Source of the DNA: Marsupella aquatica
Taxonomy: Eukaryota > Plantae > Marchantiophyta
Direction: 5' to 3'
NCBI GenBank assembly: GCA_973895155.1
Contig: OZ316893.1
Span: 23,148,015-23,212,014, forward strand
Length of the DNA: 64,000 nt
In this document: one piece after another, positions 11,349 to 23,169 of the stretch
Layout: each line of letters begins with the position of its first letter
Numbering within the stretch: position 1 is the stretch's first letter
Notes under the pieces: model-generated
The model's database searches: none
What the model saw: only the letters and a program-made list of their open reading frames with translations
What the model was told of the DNA's origin: nothing
Position numbers and translations under genes: made by a program

Positions 11349-14300
11349 TATCATCGGTATATATAGTTTATCTTTGCTTCTTCGAGTCTAGCGCAATCAC
11401 AGACATATTTTATGAAGGAATAAGCAAGATCAACGAGCAATCACTACAGTTGTATACCAAGCAGTATGACCGCTACAGACTATGTTCATCGTTTGCCTCC
11501 ATAATAGACCCACCGACTTCTCCAGCCGCCACTAATTTCTTATGTCATAGCAAAGATCTTTTCCCTCTGGGCTGTACTTTCTTGTCGACCTGCAGTGAAA
11601 TTGTTCCTCGATTCACAAAAAAGAAGAAGAAACATTGATCCGAACGATTGCCTCTGCTGTGTGTGTATAGACTCGAGTAGATTGATACATATAGCAGTGT
11701 TAGGAGTTCGAGATCGAATGGAGGAAGGCTTTAAAGTAGGCTCCATCATTCCCCAAATCAGTCAGGGGGTGCTTTTCTTTCGTCATAAGGGAGATTTATA
11801 TAAAGTTCATACGGTAGCCATGTGCTTTCCTTTCGTCATTCATTGGATTCAGCTGCAAGACGAAATGATAATATTATAACGGAAACGTCGAATCCCCAAA
11901 CTTGAGTAATTTGCTGTCATTTTGCTTTGTTGAATGGGCTCTCCTGTCCTCCGCTGTGCTGTGCCGTATATCCTGCAGCCTGCCTTTCAATTGTCGGCCC
12001 CAGTGGTGGCAGCAATTTGGACGAATCGAGGGGAACGAGACCGGAGAGGCCAATGGATTGGAAGGACACGGCCTATACCCTTAATTAGTGGGTACTGGAA
12101 AGGATCGAGAGGTGGATTGCTAGCCCTTTTGTGTTTGTTACAGTATAGCAGCGAAAGTCGAGGTACATCTGGTGGCTATGCCACCTAATCCCAGTCAAAT
12201 ATGAAATATCCCGATTCGATGAACAGTACTGTAATTAAGCTTGCACATACATGACATGTGGGCTCAGCTCAGATCAGTTCAGCTGCCTCTGTACAGCATC
12301 TATGTCTTTCTCGGCTTTCGAGAAGCAAAGTTATGAAAGTAATTAATTAACGCGCGCAGCACAATGATTCTGTCGACACAGAGTGGGGCGGGCGATCTTG
12401 GGCCGGGGTAAGTTTTTTGACATAGATCGATGCAAAATACTGATTTCGTTCGGAACTAGAGTGACCTTTCTTCCTTCAGAGTGTGCTCTAGCTGATCAGA
12501 CAAACGAATCAGAAGTGAATAGTCAGTGGCTAGCTGCGTGCCTCACTCACTCAATCACTCAGGCATGACGAATCTCGGGCTGGATGGCGCATGGGCTGAG
12601 GCAGGCAAGTGGGGGCATGGCCGGGTGGTGGTCGTGCTTGTAATCAAGGAGGCCAGAGTCATAAACATGATTGAATGTACAGTTGTTTGCTCCGGAAGAG
12701 GAGATGTAGGAACAGTTAGATTTCGATTCTGCGCTGCCAGTACTTGAAGTTTCCGGAGTGCCAGAATCAGTCCTCAATTGGAATACTTCACGTGGCTGCC
12801 GCATGCGTGTCGAGCGGCTTGAATGTGATGGTCGATCGGTGGTAGGGTAGTCCATTTTCCTGCACTTTTGTCGTCGCACTGGACGTGTAAGTTGAAGACT
12901 AGACTAGTGCCGACATCGAGAAAAATTGAATGTAGCTGCTCTCCACCAGTTTGCATCATTATCCCACTATTTTTATTTCACTCTTCTGGCTTGGACTGTT
13001 GCCACAGTACAGTAGATGGGTTGAAGGATGTGTTGAAGAACAGTCAGTGCCGTTTTCGGGAAATGAAAAATTTGGTGCTCTCGATCCACGACGAAGTAGG
13101 ATTGTCTCAATGTCGATCTCGTACGCGGACAGCTTGTCGTACCTCTGCAGAGTCATTCAGAACATGAATCCAGAACAATGAGTGCCTTTCTGTACTACAA
13201 CAGATCAGTCTCGATCACTTGTGTTCTCGAAATGACCACCCAAATGTAGTCGAAAGCTGGAAACGAATACATGCATTTGCCACTGTTGCCCAATCAATTC
13301 CAAACTTCGCCTCCAATTCAGAACTTCTGTTCATTTATTTTTCAGTGACAGTCGACCATTGATCATCGAGAGTCTCCAGATGAACTCACCGACTCACTGG
13401 GGAATTCAATTTTCTTTTGGGTCTTGAAACAAACACTGAAATGCATTCAATCAACAGGCACTCATCAGTTCATACTCTCGCGAATTATGTACTCTCTCTC
13501 GTATGTAGACTGTCAACTAACGTCACCAGTCAGTCTGATGAAATCAGTTTCATGACAGATTGTCAACCATGCCGACTAGACAACTCTCTCTAGGTCAAGA
13601 GTAGGCCGTCATCTGGGTGTCATCAGTCTCGAGAACTCTCCCTCTCTCCGAATCAGAGACTTTTTAACCATGTGAACGAAAGAATTGTTTTTTCTTACAA
13701 TCATAGCAGGCCATTATTTAAACTACGTGGGTCATCCCAACTTTAGGGATATCTCCTTGACGTACAGACTGTCAAGTACGTCACCTTATGACCCGCCTTA
13801 TGAGTTCTGTCTTTAAGAGCAGCCGACAACTGTAGGATATTGAATCAATTTCCCCCACATGAGCAGACCGTCAATTGTGCGTCAGCCAAGTTTTCTTCTA
13901 ATAATAATCAAACCATTCCTTCGGCAACATTTCATACGAAGTAAAATTGAGCTGCACACCCCAGACGTCGAGGACTAATCACACCTTCTTGTTCTAGCCG
14001 GCTGTATAAAGCGCAGTCACTTATACGTGTAGAGCCCCCTGAAATTACTAAAAGAAATTACAGGGTTCCACCGACAAAATTAATTAACTCGCCCTCTCGT
14101 TTTTTCGCATACGCTTTAGCACTAGACAAAGATTGTGAAATATCTAGCAGTGCAACTTGTAAACGTACAGCAACAGCTTTAGCGTGGTGATGCTCTTTCC
14201 AGAACAGCAATCTGCGTGAAGTACAACGTGGCAGTGCTGGCTTTGTTTCAGTACATATAGCATGGTCATTCTATTTGTTGAACAGGCTTCAAAATACCAC

Positions 14301-14569
14301 ATCAATCACTTATTCGCATCAGATCAGATTGTACTGACAGCTTTTTTTTGAGGCTTTTCAGCAGTTTACTCAGACAGTATGTTGTACAAAGCCCGAGCAG
14401 GGTTGTTAGGTCGATTTGCTTTGTTCTGGGCCGTTGCATCACTTGGTATTGTTCTGTTGTTGTGGAGTTTCCCAATGGACCTTTTTCTGATGGTCTCTTG
14501 ATAATTGTTCTCTTCTTATTTTCCTGTAAAGGGAAAGAAGGTAGGCAGGATTTGTTTGGCTAATGATTC

Positions 14570-16145
14570 TCTACGCATCACTTCTCGCACCACTGGACCT
14601 TTTCCTATTGTTCTCGTGGTATTAATTTGTTCAGTTCTGACTTCCCTGTGAAGAAAAAGAAGGTAATTGAATCATTAAATTCTGGAGTTGTCCCCATTTA
14701 GGATGGAGTCGCGGAAACATATAGTAGGTGATTACTGTCAACATGGCCAGGAATTTGTGGTGAGGCCAAACCGGTTCCAGTCTTAGTGGTTGTGTACAGG
14801 ATATATTACTGTAGTTTCTTTGTAGCGTACAAGAGATGCAGAAGAAGGCCTTCAGTGAAGGGACATGCCTTCTAGGTCTTCCATGCAGTATGTAGGCGAC
14901 TCGACCTTGCATGGAGAAGAGTAAACTACAGAAGAAATCAAACAAAATTCTCATCATGTCCCCTGGTTCTTCAATTGGTTAAATCTCCTGGACAGAATAA
15001 CTCGCTTAGAGATTATGCAAGTCAGAGAGTAAGTGGAAATTTTCTCAACATAATTTCTTGTCTACTCGCTTTATTAATTGGATCAGTTGAATTTCCTACA
15101 CGGAGTAACTCCGTGTACTGTGTAATTTCCTGTGTAATTGGACAATGCAAAGAAGATATTGATGCACTAATGGTAACCGTAATCATAGCTTGGAGATGGG
15201 TTATCGTGATATATAATATACATGGGTTACGTTTGTATATCTAACAGAAGATGCGTTCCAACTTGAATATATTAGTCTAGACCAAGAAGCTTGTGGCAGA
15301 CAACCTCAATCATCCGGGATTAAGACTTTTTATGGAGGACTTTTGCTCGAGCTTTTGCTAGTGACTGAAGCAAGAAAGCAGGCCACCCAAGTACATGAGT
15401 TTTTGCCATTGCAACATCACCCTTCTAAGACTAATTGGACGATAGCTACTGCAAGCAAGGCTGTATATCTCGAGTGTTTCAGGTACTGGGAGTGGGGTCA
15501 GCTTCAGCGGAAATGAACAAAAGTGTTCGTTATTGATCAGATCTACGAATCGGGATAGAATTGTTGTCATTTTCTTAGCATTATAGATAGAGTCGTCCCA
15601 TGACATCTACGTCATAAACTTGTCAAAAGTCGGTCCGGCTGATGTGTGAAGGCCTTTTCGGATTATTCTTTAAATATAAACCAGAATGCTGGAGGTGTGT
15701 TTAGGATTTAGGATTCTAGAATCTGGCCAGGGTCCAATTCTAACGACAGTACAAAAAATGCTTTAAATATTCCCATGACAATCTCCCAAGATAGCTCATC
15801 TTCTGTTAGATCGCATTTTCTTTGAGGATACATATGAATTTCATCATGAATGAATCTATAATCTTCCTATAACGATATTTGAGGTTGCATCCAAATCTGA
15901 AACGTCATTGCTTGACAGATTAGACAGATGAAGATCCCCTGGCAAGTAGAATTATCCATACCAGTATAACTTGATGGGGAATGACTGCGCAAGGGTAACA
16001 ATATGGCAAGGTAGTATAACCTGCTTATTAGGAAAGTTCAGCAATAGCATCCTGAAAATTGTCCCACCTGAGAAGAATAATTACAAAATTGAACATGTAT
16101 TATGAAATGAATTTCTAATATCTCAGGAAACATAGTTTTGGAGGT
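14570..16145 (-). pseudogene. Decayed ORF of unknown family (left arm of head-to-head pair)
   Basis: Long protein-like frames broken by frameshifts and TAA/TAG/TGA stops compatible with C>T of CAA/CAG/CGA. Conceptual pieces: LTSKTMFPE, FQDAIAELS**AGYTTLPYCYPCAVIPHQ, DPGQI, TSAGPTFD, TTTKTGTGL, LLYVSATP. Homologous to the + strand copy at 16150-17600. Confidence 0.6.
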
Positions 16146-16149
16146 CAGC

Positions 16150-17600
16150 ACGTCCTTTATCTCCAAGACCACCGATTGGAGGTCAAGATTCTACAATTCC
16201 TTGAACTCTAAAGCTATGTTTTCTGATCAGATTTGAAATTTTAGTTTCATAATGATTGTTCAATTTTGTAAGTGATTTTTAGAGATAGGGGCAACCTTTC
16301 AAGATACTATTGCTGAACTTTCCTGATAAACTCGTTTTGCTATCTCTTGTGATGTCACCCTCATGCTGTCATTCCGCATTAAGCTTTTTCTGGTGTGGAT
16401 AAGTGTCCATGTCAAGGATTTTAATCCACTAAAGAAAGAAACTTTTCAGATCCCGATGCACTTAAAATACTCAGTGTCCTGAAAAGGATGATAGACTCAT
16501 GTGTAATTTATATTCAATCAAATCTTCTTTCATGCGTATCTTGGGAGAGCCTACTCAAAAGGACCCTGGTCAAATTTCAAAACAGGGGCGGAACACAAAA
16601 CTGAGCTGAAAGAGTACGAGATTTGCCCATTAGACAGAACTGAGTTTTTCCTAACTTTTTCAAATCTTGCCAGGATTGCCACGCAATGCATATACATCTA
16701 CGGCCTTCACATACAGTCACTGGCGCTTCGTTTGACTGAGGCCACTTCCCTTTTGCATGACATGATTACCAGATCGGCCCTTCATGGAAACAATGGTCAA
16801 GCCCTGGTCCATGATTATGGTTCGAACTCGGAACAAGGTTATGCTACTCCTTGAACATGGTATCGCCATTTTTACCCTGTCTCGAGAGATATTCTTGAAC
16901 AAGCAAGAAGTCTTGATAAGGATCAGCTGCATCAAGAAGGAATGCTTTCAGAAATTAAACAGCGTATCACTAACTGTAGTTCTCCTTTGATAGTACCACA
17001 AGATTCTGATTCCGTTTCTCTCCATCGTTGAAAGTCGATAATATTCAACTTTCTAATTCATTCCGTTAAGTAAAAGCCCTGTTTCATAGAATTGAACAGA
17101 TTAAGATCTTGTTACCTTCTGCGAGGCTGTCATATTTCTCGTACAAAATTTACAGACACTCGTTCATTGAGATGAATTCTTTACTCATCCTAGATGAAGA
17201 TGATTTTGTCCATGATTTTGTACATCAGCAGGACAAAATCACTGCAGTCTTGATCCCTAAGGCTGGGGGAGGTTCCCGTATTTAGCAATGGTTTGAACAT
17301 CCATGTTAGACATATTGGCAAAGTCACCTTTCATTGTCCGGAAAAAACCTTTAGACCTCCTCAAGAGTACTCACATTTCACTCAAGAACGGACTGCCCAG
17401 ACTGGCTCTGGTCTTTGGAAGACTCGACTCCATTGTAGACCATAAATCTCTGAAGGACTACGCAATGATCGAACAATTTCAATTATACTCGTACATCCAA
17501 ACCCTGCTATGGTTGGAAGTGAAAATCAGCGCTGGTTGAAACGTAAAATATCAAACCCAAAGTAAGTTGTGTTCATACTGGCTCCGGAGAGAACTCATGT
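16150..17600 (+). pseudogene. Decayed ORF of unknown family (right arm of head-to-head pair)
   Basis: Conceptual pieces: LNSKAMFSD, FQDTIAELS**, CHPHAVIPH*AFSGVDKCPCQG, FSDPDALK, DPGQI, LRPSHTVTGASFD, SRDILEQ, LLILDEDD, TAQTGSGLW. Aligns in inverted orientation to the left arm with synonymous substitutions. Confidence 0.6.
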
Positions 17601-17607
17601 CTGGGGA

Positions 17608-17810
17608 ATGAAAGAAAGAAAGCATGTCAGCGTCTCTAGTTAAAACAGCAAAGAAAGCAAGCAACAAATTTCTGGGAAAACAAAGGAAAGCATGTCAACC
17701 TTTCAAGACAAAAAACAGCAACGAAAGAAAGCAACAGTTTTCTGTGAATAGAAAGAAAGCATGTCAACCTTTCAAAGACAAAACGAAAAAGCAAGGAAGC
17801 AACAATTTAG
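17608..17810. repeat. Degenerate ~70 bp tandem repeat
   Basis: gaaagcatgtca(a/g)c..t...aagac...gaa(a)gcaaca recurs three times. Confidence 0.65.
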
Positions 17811-18288
17811 CCGGGCAAATTGTCAAACTGGTGATGTCGAATAACCTGTCCAGTACTGAAGTTTGTTTCCGTATTCTCCTCTACAGTTTTGGCCTTTTGG
17901 GCCCCGTCAGGTCAAACTTCGAAGAATGTGCATTAATGCTGCGCAAGGGGCAACAACTTACTGGCTTCTTCTGTAGGCTGGCGTCTTCTGTAGGCTGGCC
18001 TCACTACAGAAGCACGGCTCATTTACTCATTATTTGTTACCTCATCCTCATTCATCGGTCGGTCCCTTCGATCCTCGGTCTTGCTTCTGAGCCTCCAGGT
18101 TTCCAGATGGCGCTCCACTCAGAATAATCAATCTCAATTTTGTACAGTCAGTTCCTGTAACTCTTTTTGTGTAACGGAAAATAAAGACCAGGTGGATTTC
18201 AGCAATCCTCCTCTCCAAAGTACAGTTCTCCCAGCTTAGTTTTCAGGACTTTTTTGGGTTCCCTTGTGTGAAATGTTACTCTGTGTGT

Positions 18289-18893
18289 GGCATCTTCTCA
18301 GGACAATAAATTAGAGCATGCACGTAAACACAATAGATTAGAGCATTTTCTTCAGTGTAAAAAAATTGCTAGATTTCATTTCTCTAAGAAGTCCTTACCT
18401 TTCTTAGCAAAAATTAGCCAGGGTTTTGTCTTCGAGCAGCCAGCTTCTCTCCTTGCAACAGACCCCACTAGCCAGGATCTAACCATAATACTTAAATGTA
18501 GGGAAACTTACCCACCCAGCAAGAGACCCAATTGATCAGGGTCTAATAATAATCCTTAAATATATGGAGATCCAATACTCAAAAATTAACTTTGAAAAAA
18601 TAAATTCTAAGTTAATTTCTGTGTTGGATCTTCATATATTTAAAGATTATTGTTAGACCCTGGCCAATGGGTCTCTTTCTGGGTGGTTAGGTCTCCCTAC
18701 ATTTAAGGATTATGGTAGATCCTGGTTAGTGAGGTCTGTTGCAAGGAGAGAAACTGGCTATTGGAAGACAAAACCCTGGTTAATTTTTGCTAACAGCCAT
18801 AAGGACTTCTTAGAAAAGTGAAATCTAGCTTTTTTTTACATTAAAGAAAATGCTCTAATCTATTGTGTCTACATGGGCTCCTGAGAAGATGCC
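18289..18893. mobile_element. Foldback MITE (~600 bp, almost entirely inverted repeat)
   Basis: Ends ggcatcttctcagga / tcctgagaagatgcc; the ~300 bp arms are complementary throughout (e.g. ctctccttgcaacagacc / ggtctgttgcaaggagag) with a loop near 18595. TAA flanks the right end; no clear left TSD. Confidence 0.85.
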
Positions 18894-19028
18894 CTAAGCC
18901 TGCACTTATCCATGGCATGCACTATGCTACGAGTGCATGGAATATCATGCATTTCTCCATATTTGTAGAGTTGGATGAAAGTGGATTTATGCATTTATTA
19001 ATTAGGTACAATGCCTTTAAGCAACCAC

Positions 19029-19230
19029 TGGCCATATAAAATGAGAAGTGTCCAAAGACTCCCTACTTTTTCACATTCCTTTGGCCATATAAAATGAGAA
19101 GTGTCCAAAGATTCCCTACTTTTTCACATTCCTCTCCTCTAAGTTGAGACTTTGCTCCACAATTTCAGGAAAAAAATACTTAAATGGGTGGAACCAGGTT
19201 TTTGTCATGGCTAGTAGCTCTTTAAGTGCA
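19029..19230 (+). repeat. Dispersed repeat family copy 1 (5' part tandemly duplicated)
   Basis: ccatataaaatgagaagtgtccaaaga.tccctactttttcacattcct occurs twice here, then ...gagactttgctccacaatttcaggaaaa; related copies at ~37197-37300 and ~62130-62280. Confidence 0.8.
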
Positions 19231-19258
19231 AAGGGCCCCTCTGTATCTCCCCACCCGT

Positions 19259-19366
19259 TTATACATCCTTGCCTTAAATGTGATCCCCTAACGCTTATAC
19301 ATCCTTGCCTTAAATGTGATCCCCTACCGCTTATACATCCTTGCCTTAAATGTGTTCCCCTACCCC
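19259..19366. repeat. Tandem repeat 3 x 36 bp
   Basis: ttatacatccttgccttaaatgtgatcccctaacgc, three near-identical copies. Confidence 0.9.
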
Positions 19367-19639
19367 AGGAGTGCAATTTCTCCTACTACAAGAAATGTCA
19401 TGCACTTAGCAGTAAGTGTAGGTCAATGGAATTGTGCAGTTATGCAAAGTCTTCATGGTACACTTATCAAGGGTTTTTCACTCATATAGTTGTCATTCAG
19501 CAAAAAATGTTTTGAGCCAAAAAGTGTAAACTCTAGGGGCAAAAGGGAAGGACAGGATGTCTAGCAGGTAGACAGGATTTGGACTTATGACTGTGCACTA
19601 CTATGGAGAGACTACTATAGACTATAGTAAGCATTGGCA

Positions 19640-19800
19640 TGGGGCATAATCTGTGATTATCCCCACAGCATAAGCATAAGTACCGGGCATAATTTGTGAA
19701 TATCCCCACCCCACCCCATAAGTATGGGCAATAATTGGTGATTATCTCTACACCATAAGCGTAAGCATGGGCCAGAACTTGTGATTATCCCCACACCAAA
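19640..19800. repeat. Degenerate ~42 bp tandem repeat, ~4 copies
   Basis: Recurring gtga(t/a)tatc(c/t)c(c/t)ac...cataag...gggca. Confidence 0.7.
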
Positions 19801-20999
19801 GCTGACCAGAGAAGGGCAAAAACAATGGGCCAACAGCCCCAAATTAAGCTCATACCGTACTCACTACTCATGCAGCTCCTATGTGTCTGCCATATTGAGC
19901 ACAGTCATAGCGATAAAATGCCACTCACAACAAATCCAGACCGAGAATACAACAAAAGGGCATGGAGAGAGAGAATTGGAGATTCCTAATAAGACGGCCA
20001 TAGCAACCCACCAGGGAGACAAGAGCAAGCACAGATCCTCACAACCTCGCTCTGCCATCGATTGATCCAAACCAACCCCTCTATTTCCAGCTTACATGAC
20101 TTCTCTCTTGTCTGTTTCTTCGCAGTCCAGCACTCCAGTTTGCTGCGTATATCCTGGAGCTTTGTCGCAACATGCACTGCTGCCATAAGAAGTTAGTTTC
20201 TCACTTGCCCTTCGTCTGTTGCGAGCACTCTCCAGATTTTTTTGTTGCTGGCCAAATTTCAACTAAATTCCACCTATCTAGAAAGTATTTTGTCACTCTT
20301 CTGCTAGAATTAGTCACCCATTCTTTATTCCATTAACCATCTCTCTTGTCATCTAGCCACAGACCTCGTTTGCCAGACTCTGATGGTTATCTTTAAATGT
20401 AGGGAGATTGATGATCTTATATTAGATAAGGAATACTGGGTAGATTCTCCTTCATACAAGGTGCCATTGCCAACTGAGAAGGAAACATGAAAAACCTTAA
20501 AAATTAAAGCTTCCACTCTTTCTTTCTCTTCAGGGATGTTCTCTGCTCTTTATTCCAGCATGTTTTTAGGGGCGACAAGTTGCAAGATTTTCACATACTT
20601 TAGGCAACATTCACCATACTTTTTATCTCTCGTTACTCACATACCCCCTTAGCCAGAATCTGACAGCAACACTTCTAGCTAGAGAGATCTGACGGCCAAA
20701 ATTGATGTGGAAAAGCAAGAAACATGCCTAGCATTTTCGTGATTCACACGAGGTGAATTGGGGTGAAATTCGCCACGCTGGCGGAAAAGGGAGAAGCATT
20801 GAAATTAGTCCGTTGCTCTCTCGTGGGGTCTGGGCGGGCAGGTTGACTTGACTCCAAGGACTGCTGAGCTCTGAATTAAATTATTATCCTCTACAGTCCA
20901 ATAGAATAGAGCCCACAATCCGACATTCTTCGTAATTAGTAGCTACAATAATTATCATCTTCCTGTCAGAGACAAACCGGGATCGAGGATGTCTGTCGT

Positions 21000-21510
21000 G
21001 CCCAGAATCATCACTCCGTCAGTTTTTTCGTTACCTCCACTAACTTTCTTTTCCCCCTTTCGGCAACGACCCGCGAAAAGCGCAACCGGTTGGAAATGCG
21101 GTATTGGAGCAGCCGGGCAGACAACCAGACCGTAGGATTGGGTCCATCGACGGCTACTCTGGGTTCTCCCCTACTTGGCCCGGTGCCTGGCCCGATGCCC
21201 GACCGTCGTGTGCTCCTGCCCTCTAGGCGTTGCCAGGTTTGCCCGGCTCCCCGCCCCAGTAGTATGTGAGTACCCATGCCCGAGTTCCCCGGGCAGAGAG
21301 AGAGGTTGCCCTGCCCGGCGGGCCGGTGGGGCAGAGTGTGCCGGCCTTGCAGACGCTGCGGCGGTCTCCGGGCAGTAAGACAAACCGTACATCTTCGTTA
21401 CGTGTGTTTATTACCTCATTCCTGAGCTCAGATCACGTGGCCGGAATGCGAATCGACCCTTGCATGGATGCGACATTGCGACATGCCCTGCCCGGCTGCC
21501 CGCCCTGAAC
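21000..21510. promoter_or_regulatory. GC/CpG-rich island, possible promoter or 5' end of a transcript
   Basis: Sharp rise in GC and intact CG dinucleotides against a CG-depleted TE background; G-box CACGTG at ~21434; donor-like GAG|GTAACG on the minus strand near 21034. Confidence 0.4.
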
Positions 21511-22498
21511 TTTCTACACTGTTTAACATTAACTGTTTACTATTCCTCATTCCTTATTTAGCTGACAGCCATCACATGGACGGGATGCCAGCCGACGTTC
21601 CATGGATGGATGGATAGATGGTTGGATGGATGGAATCCGAGTGAGTAAATTCGTAAGCCCATGGAGTGTTCCATCCAAACATTTTTTCCCTATTTATTTA
21701 GAAGAATTCGGCAAAAATTAAATGCTCTCCATAACAAAGCAAGAAGATGTTAGACCTGTTTGCTTGAATTAGTGGAGTTCCCATTAATTTGGAGAGATAT
21801 GCTTAGTGGACCCCCTTCTGGAAAAAGTTTGCTTAATCAACCCTCTCCATACTTTTCCCCAATCTTGACCGTTGATGGACCTTTCAATCTCAGATTGGAC
21901 CATTGATAGACCTCTGGGGGTCGATCAAGTAACAAGTTTCATTTTGGGGGTTGATCGAGCACATACCTCCGTTAATTTCATATGATACATTTTTAGGCTC
22001 TATTCATGAATCATTGTCTTTACTAACACTAAGTCTGTGTTCATGAATTACTGCTGATTTGGGGCCAAGCGTTGAAAAACAAATGAAAAAAAACTATTTT
22101 GAAAATAATTCACAATAATTAGTGTTATTTGGACTCAATTACCCATATTTTACTAGCACTTTGAATAACAGTGAAAAAATGTTTTGAAACGGTTCCACCA
22201 AAGTTTATATACCAGGAAAAAAACAAAGTACAATGAAAGGAAAGAAAAAGAGGTCCAAGGAGGACAAAAACCAAACAAAGAAAAACAAATGCAAACCCAC
22301 CAACTGAAGAAAGTAAAGGGGAAGAGTGTCAAACATTGCATGAATGCTAACTCAGGGACTAGTGTCCACATTGGAAAATGTGACAAGAGCTAACGGGCCA
22401 CATCTAATGTCCTAACTTAATCAGCAAGTGGGACAAGAATGTTGAGCTGATAGGTCACATCCAATGTCCCAACTCAATCAGCAAGTGGGACAGGAATG

Positions 22499-23097
22499 TC
22501 ATCTAGGTGGGCTAGGGTTTGCGGAGGCACGGTGGCTCCCACTATGAGGGATTGACGATAAATGGCACAAGCTTGGGCACGCTATAAGGTCACTGAAATG
22601 CGCTGAGGAAAGTGTGTGATCAAGATGGATAGTGGGGGTTTGGAGGGACCCATCCGTCCGTGAATGTCACGAGCAGCCTATCAAAGAAGCCCATCAAACT
22701 GATAATGAAGACACCCAAAAATCTCAATAGCAAGGAGGGGAGGGGGGGGGGGGGGGAGAAAGGAATCCGATGAAGCTCGAGCGACATATTTGCCTCCTTT
22801 GACGTGGTGCCCAGGATGCCGCTGCCGCTGCTTGGGCTTCATTGGATTCCTTCCGCAAGGGTTTGCTACCACAACATCCACCAAAGTACGTTGATCATAA
22901 CTGAACATGGTCAGATCAACCCATAATCGTTGTCGTGGAGTACCAAGTGGCTCAAGCATCACCTCCCTCCGCACATGTACCAAAGACCCAGAGAGAACCT
23001 GAACATTAGTATCTCTCACATCATCATGAACAACTATGGTTTTGCCTCCCAAACTGCATCGAAGAAGATGGACCCTTGTGGGTTTGTACTCAAGATC
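22499..23097 (-). mobile_element. CRE-clade (restriction-like endonuclease) non-LTR retrotransposon, 3' fragment
   Basis: Translation VHLLRCSLGGKTIVVHDDVRD (end of the CCHC knuckle) ... LWVDL ... LVDVVVANP ... KGGKY ... LLAIEIFG ... QRISVTL*RAQACAI, the RLE (PD-D/ExK) C-terminus typical of CRE/R2-group elements; in-frame stops present. Confidence 0.8.
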
Positions 23098-23169
23098 ACT
23101 AATTTGGTAGCGACTCTAATTCTTACATAACACTAATTAAACATAGAAAATTGTGTGGATTCCTTTTCT

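Noticed and set aside
11569-11588. miR529/156-type site (gggctgtact...)
   Set aside because: Only the first ~10 nt match; no hairpin or SPL context.
12600-12635. CEP-like peptide RPPPGHAP on the minus strand
   Set aside because: No GxGH terminus and no signal-peptide ORF.
16441-16460. Kinase HRDLKS motif on the minus strand
   Set aside because: The paralogous arm reads HPNLKR, the synonymous pattern supports the opposite strand as coding, and no DFG or other kinase motifs are present.
15420-17285. RT-like motifs YRPISL (~15435, minus) and VLIPKAGGG (~17250, plus)
   Set aside because: Isolated motifs at non-corresponding positions, not shared between arms, and no YxDD core seen; insufficient to call a LINE or group II RT.
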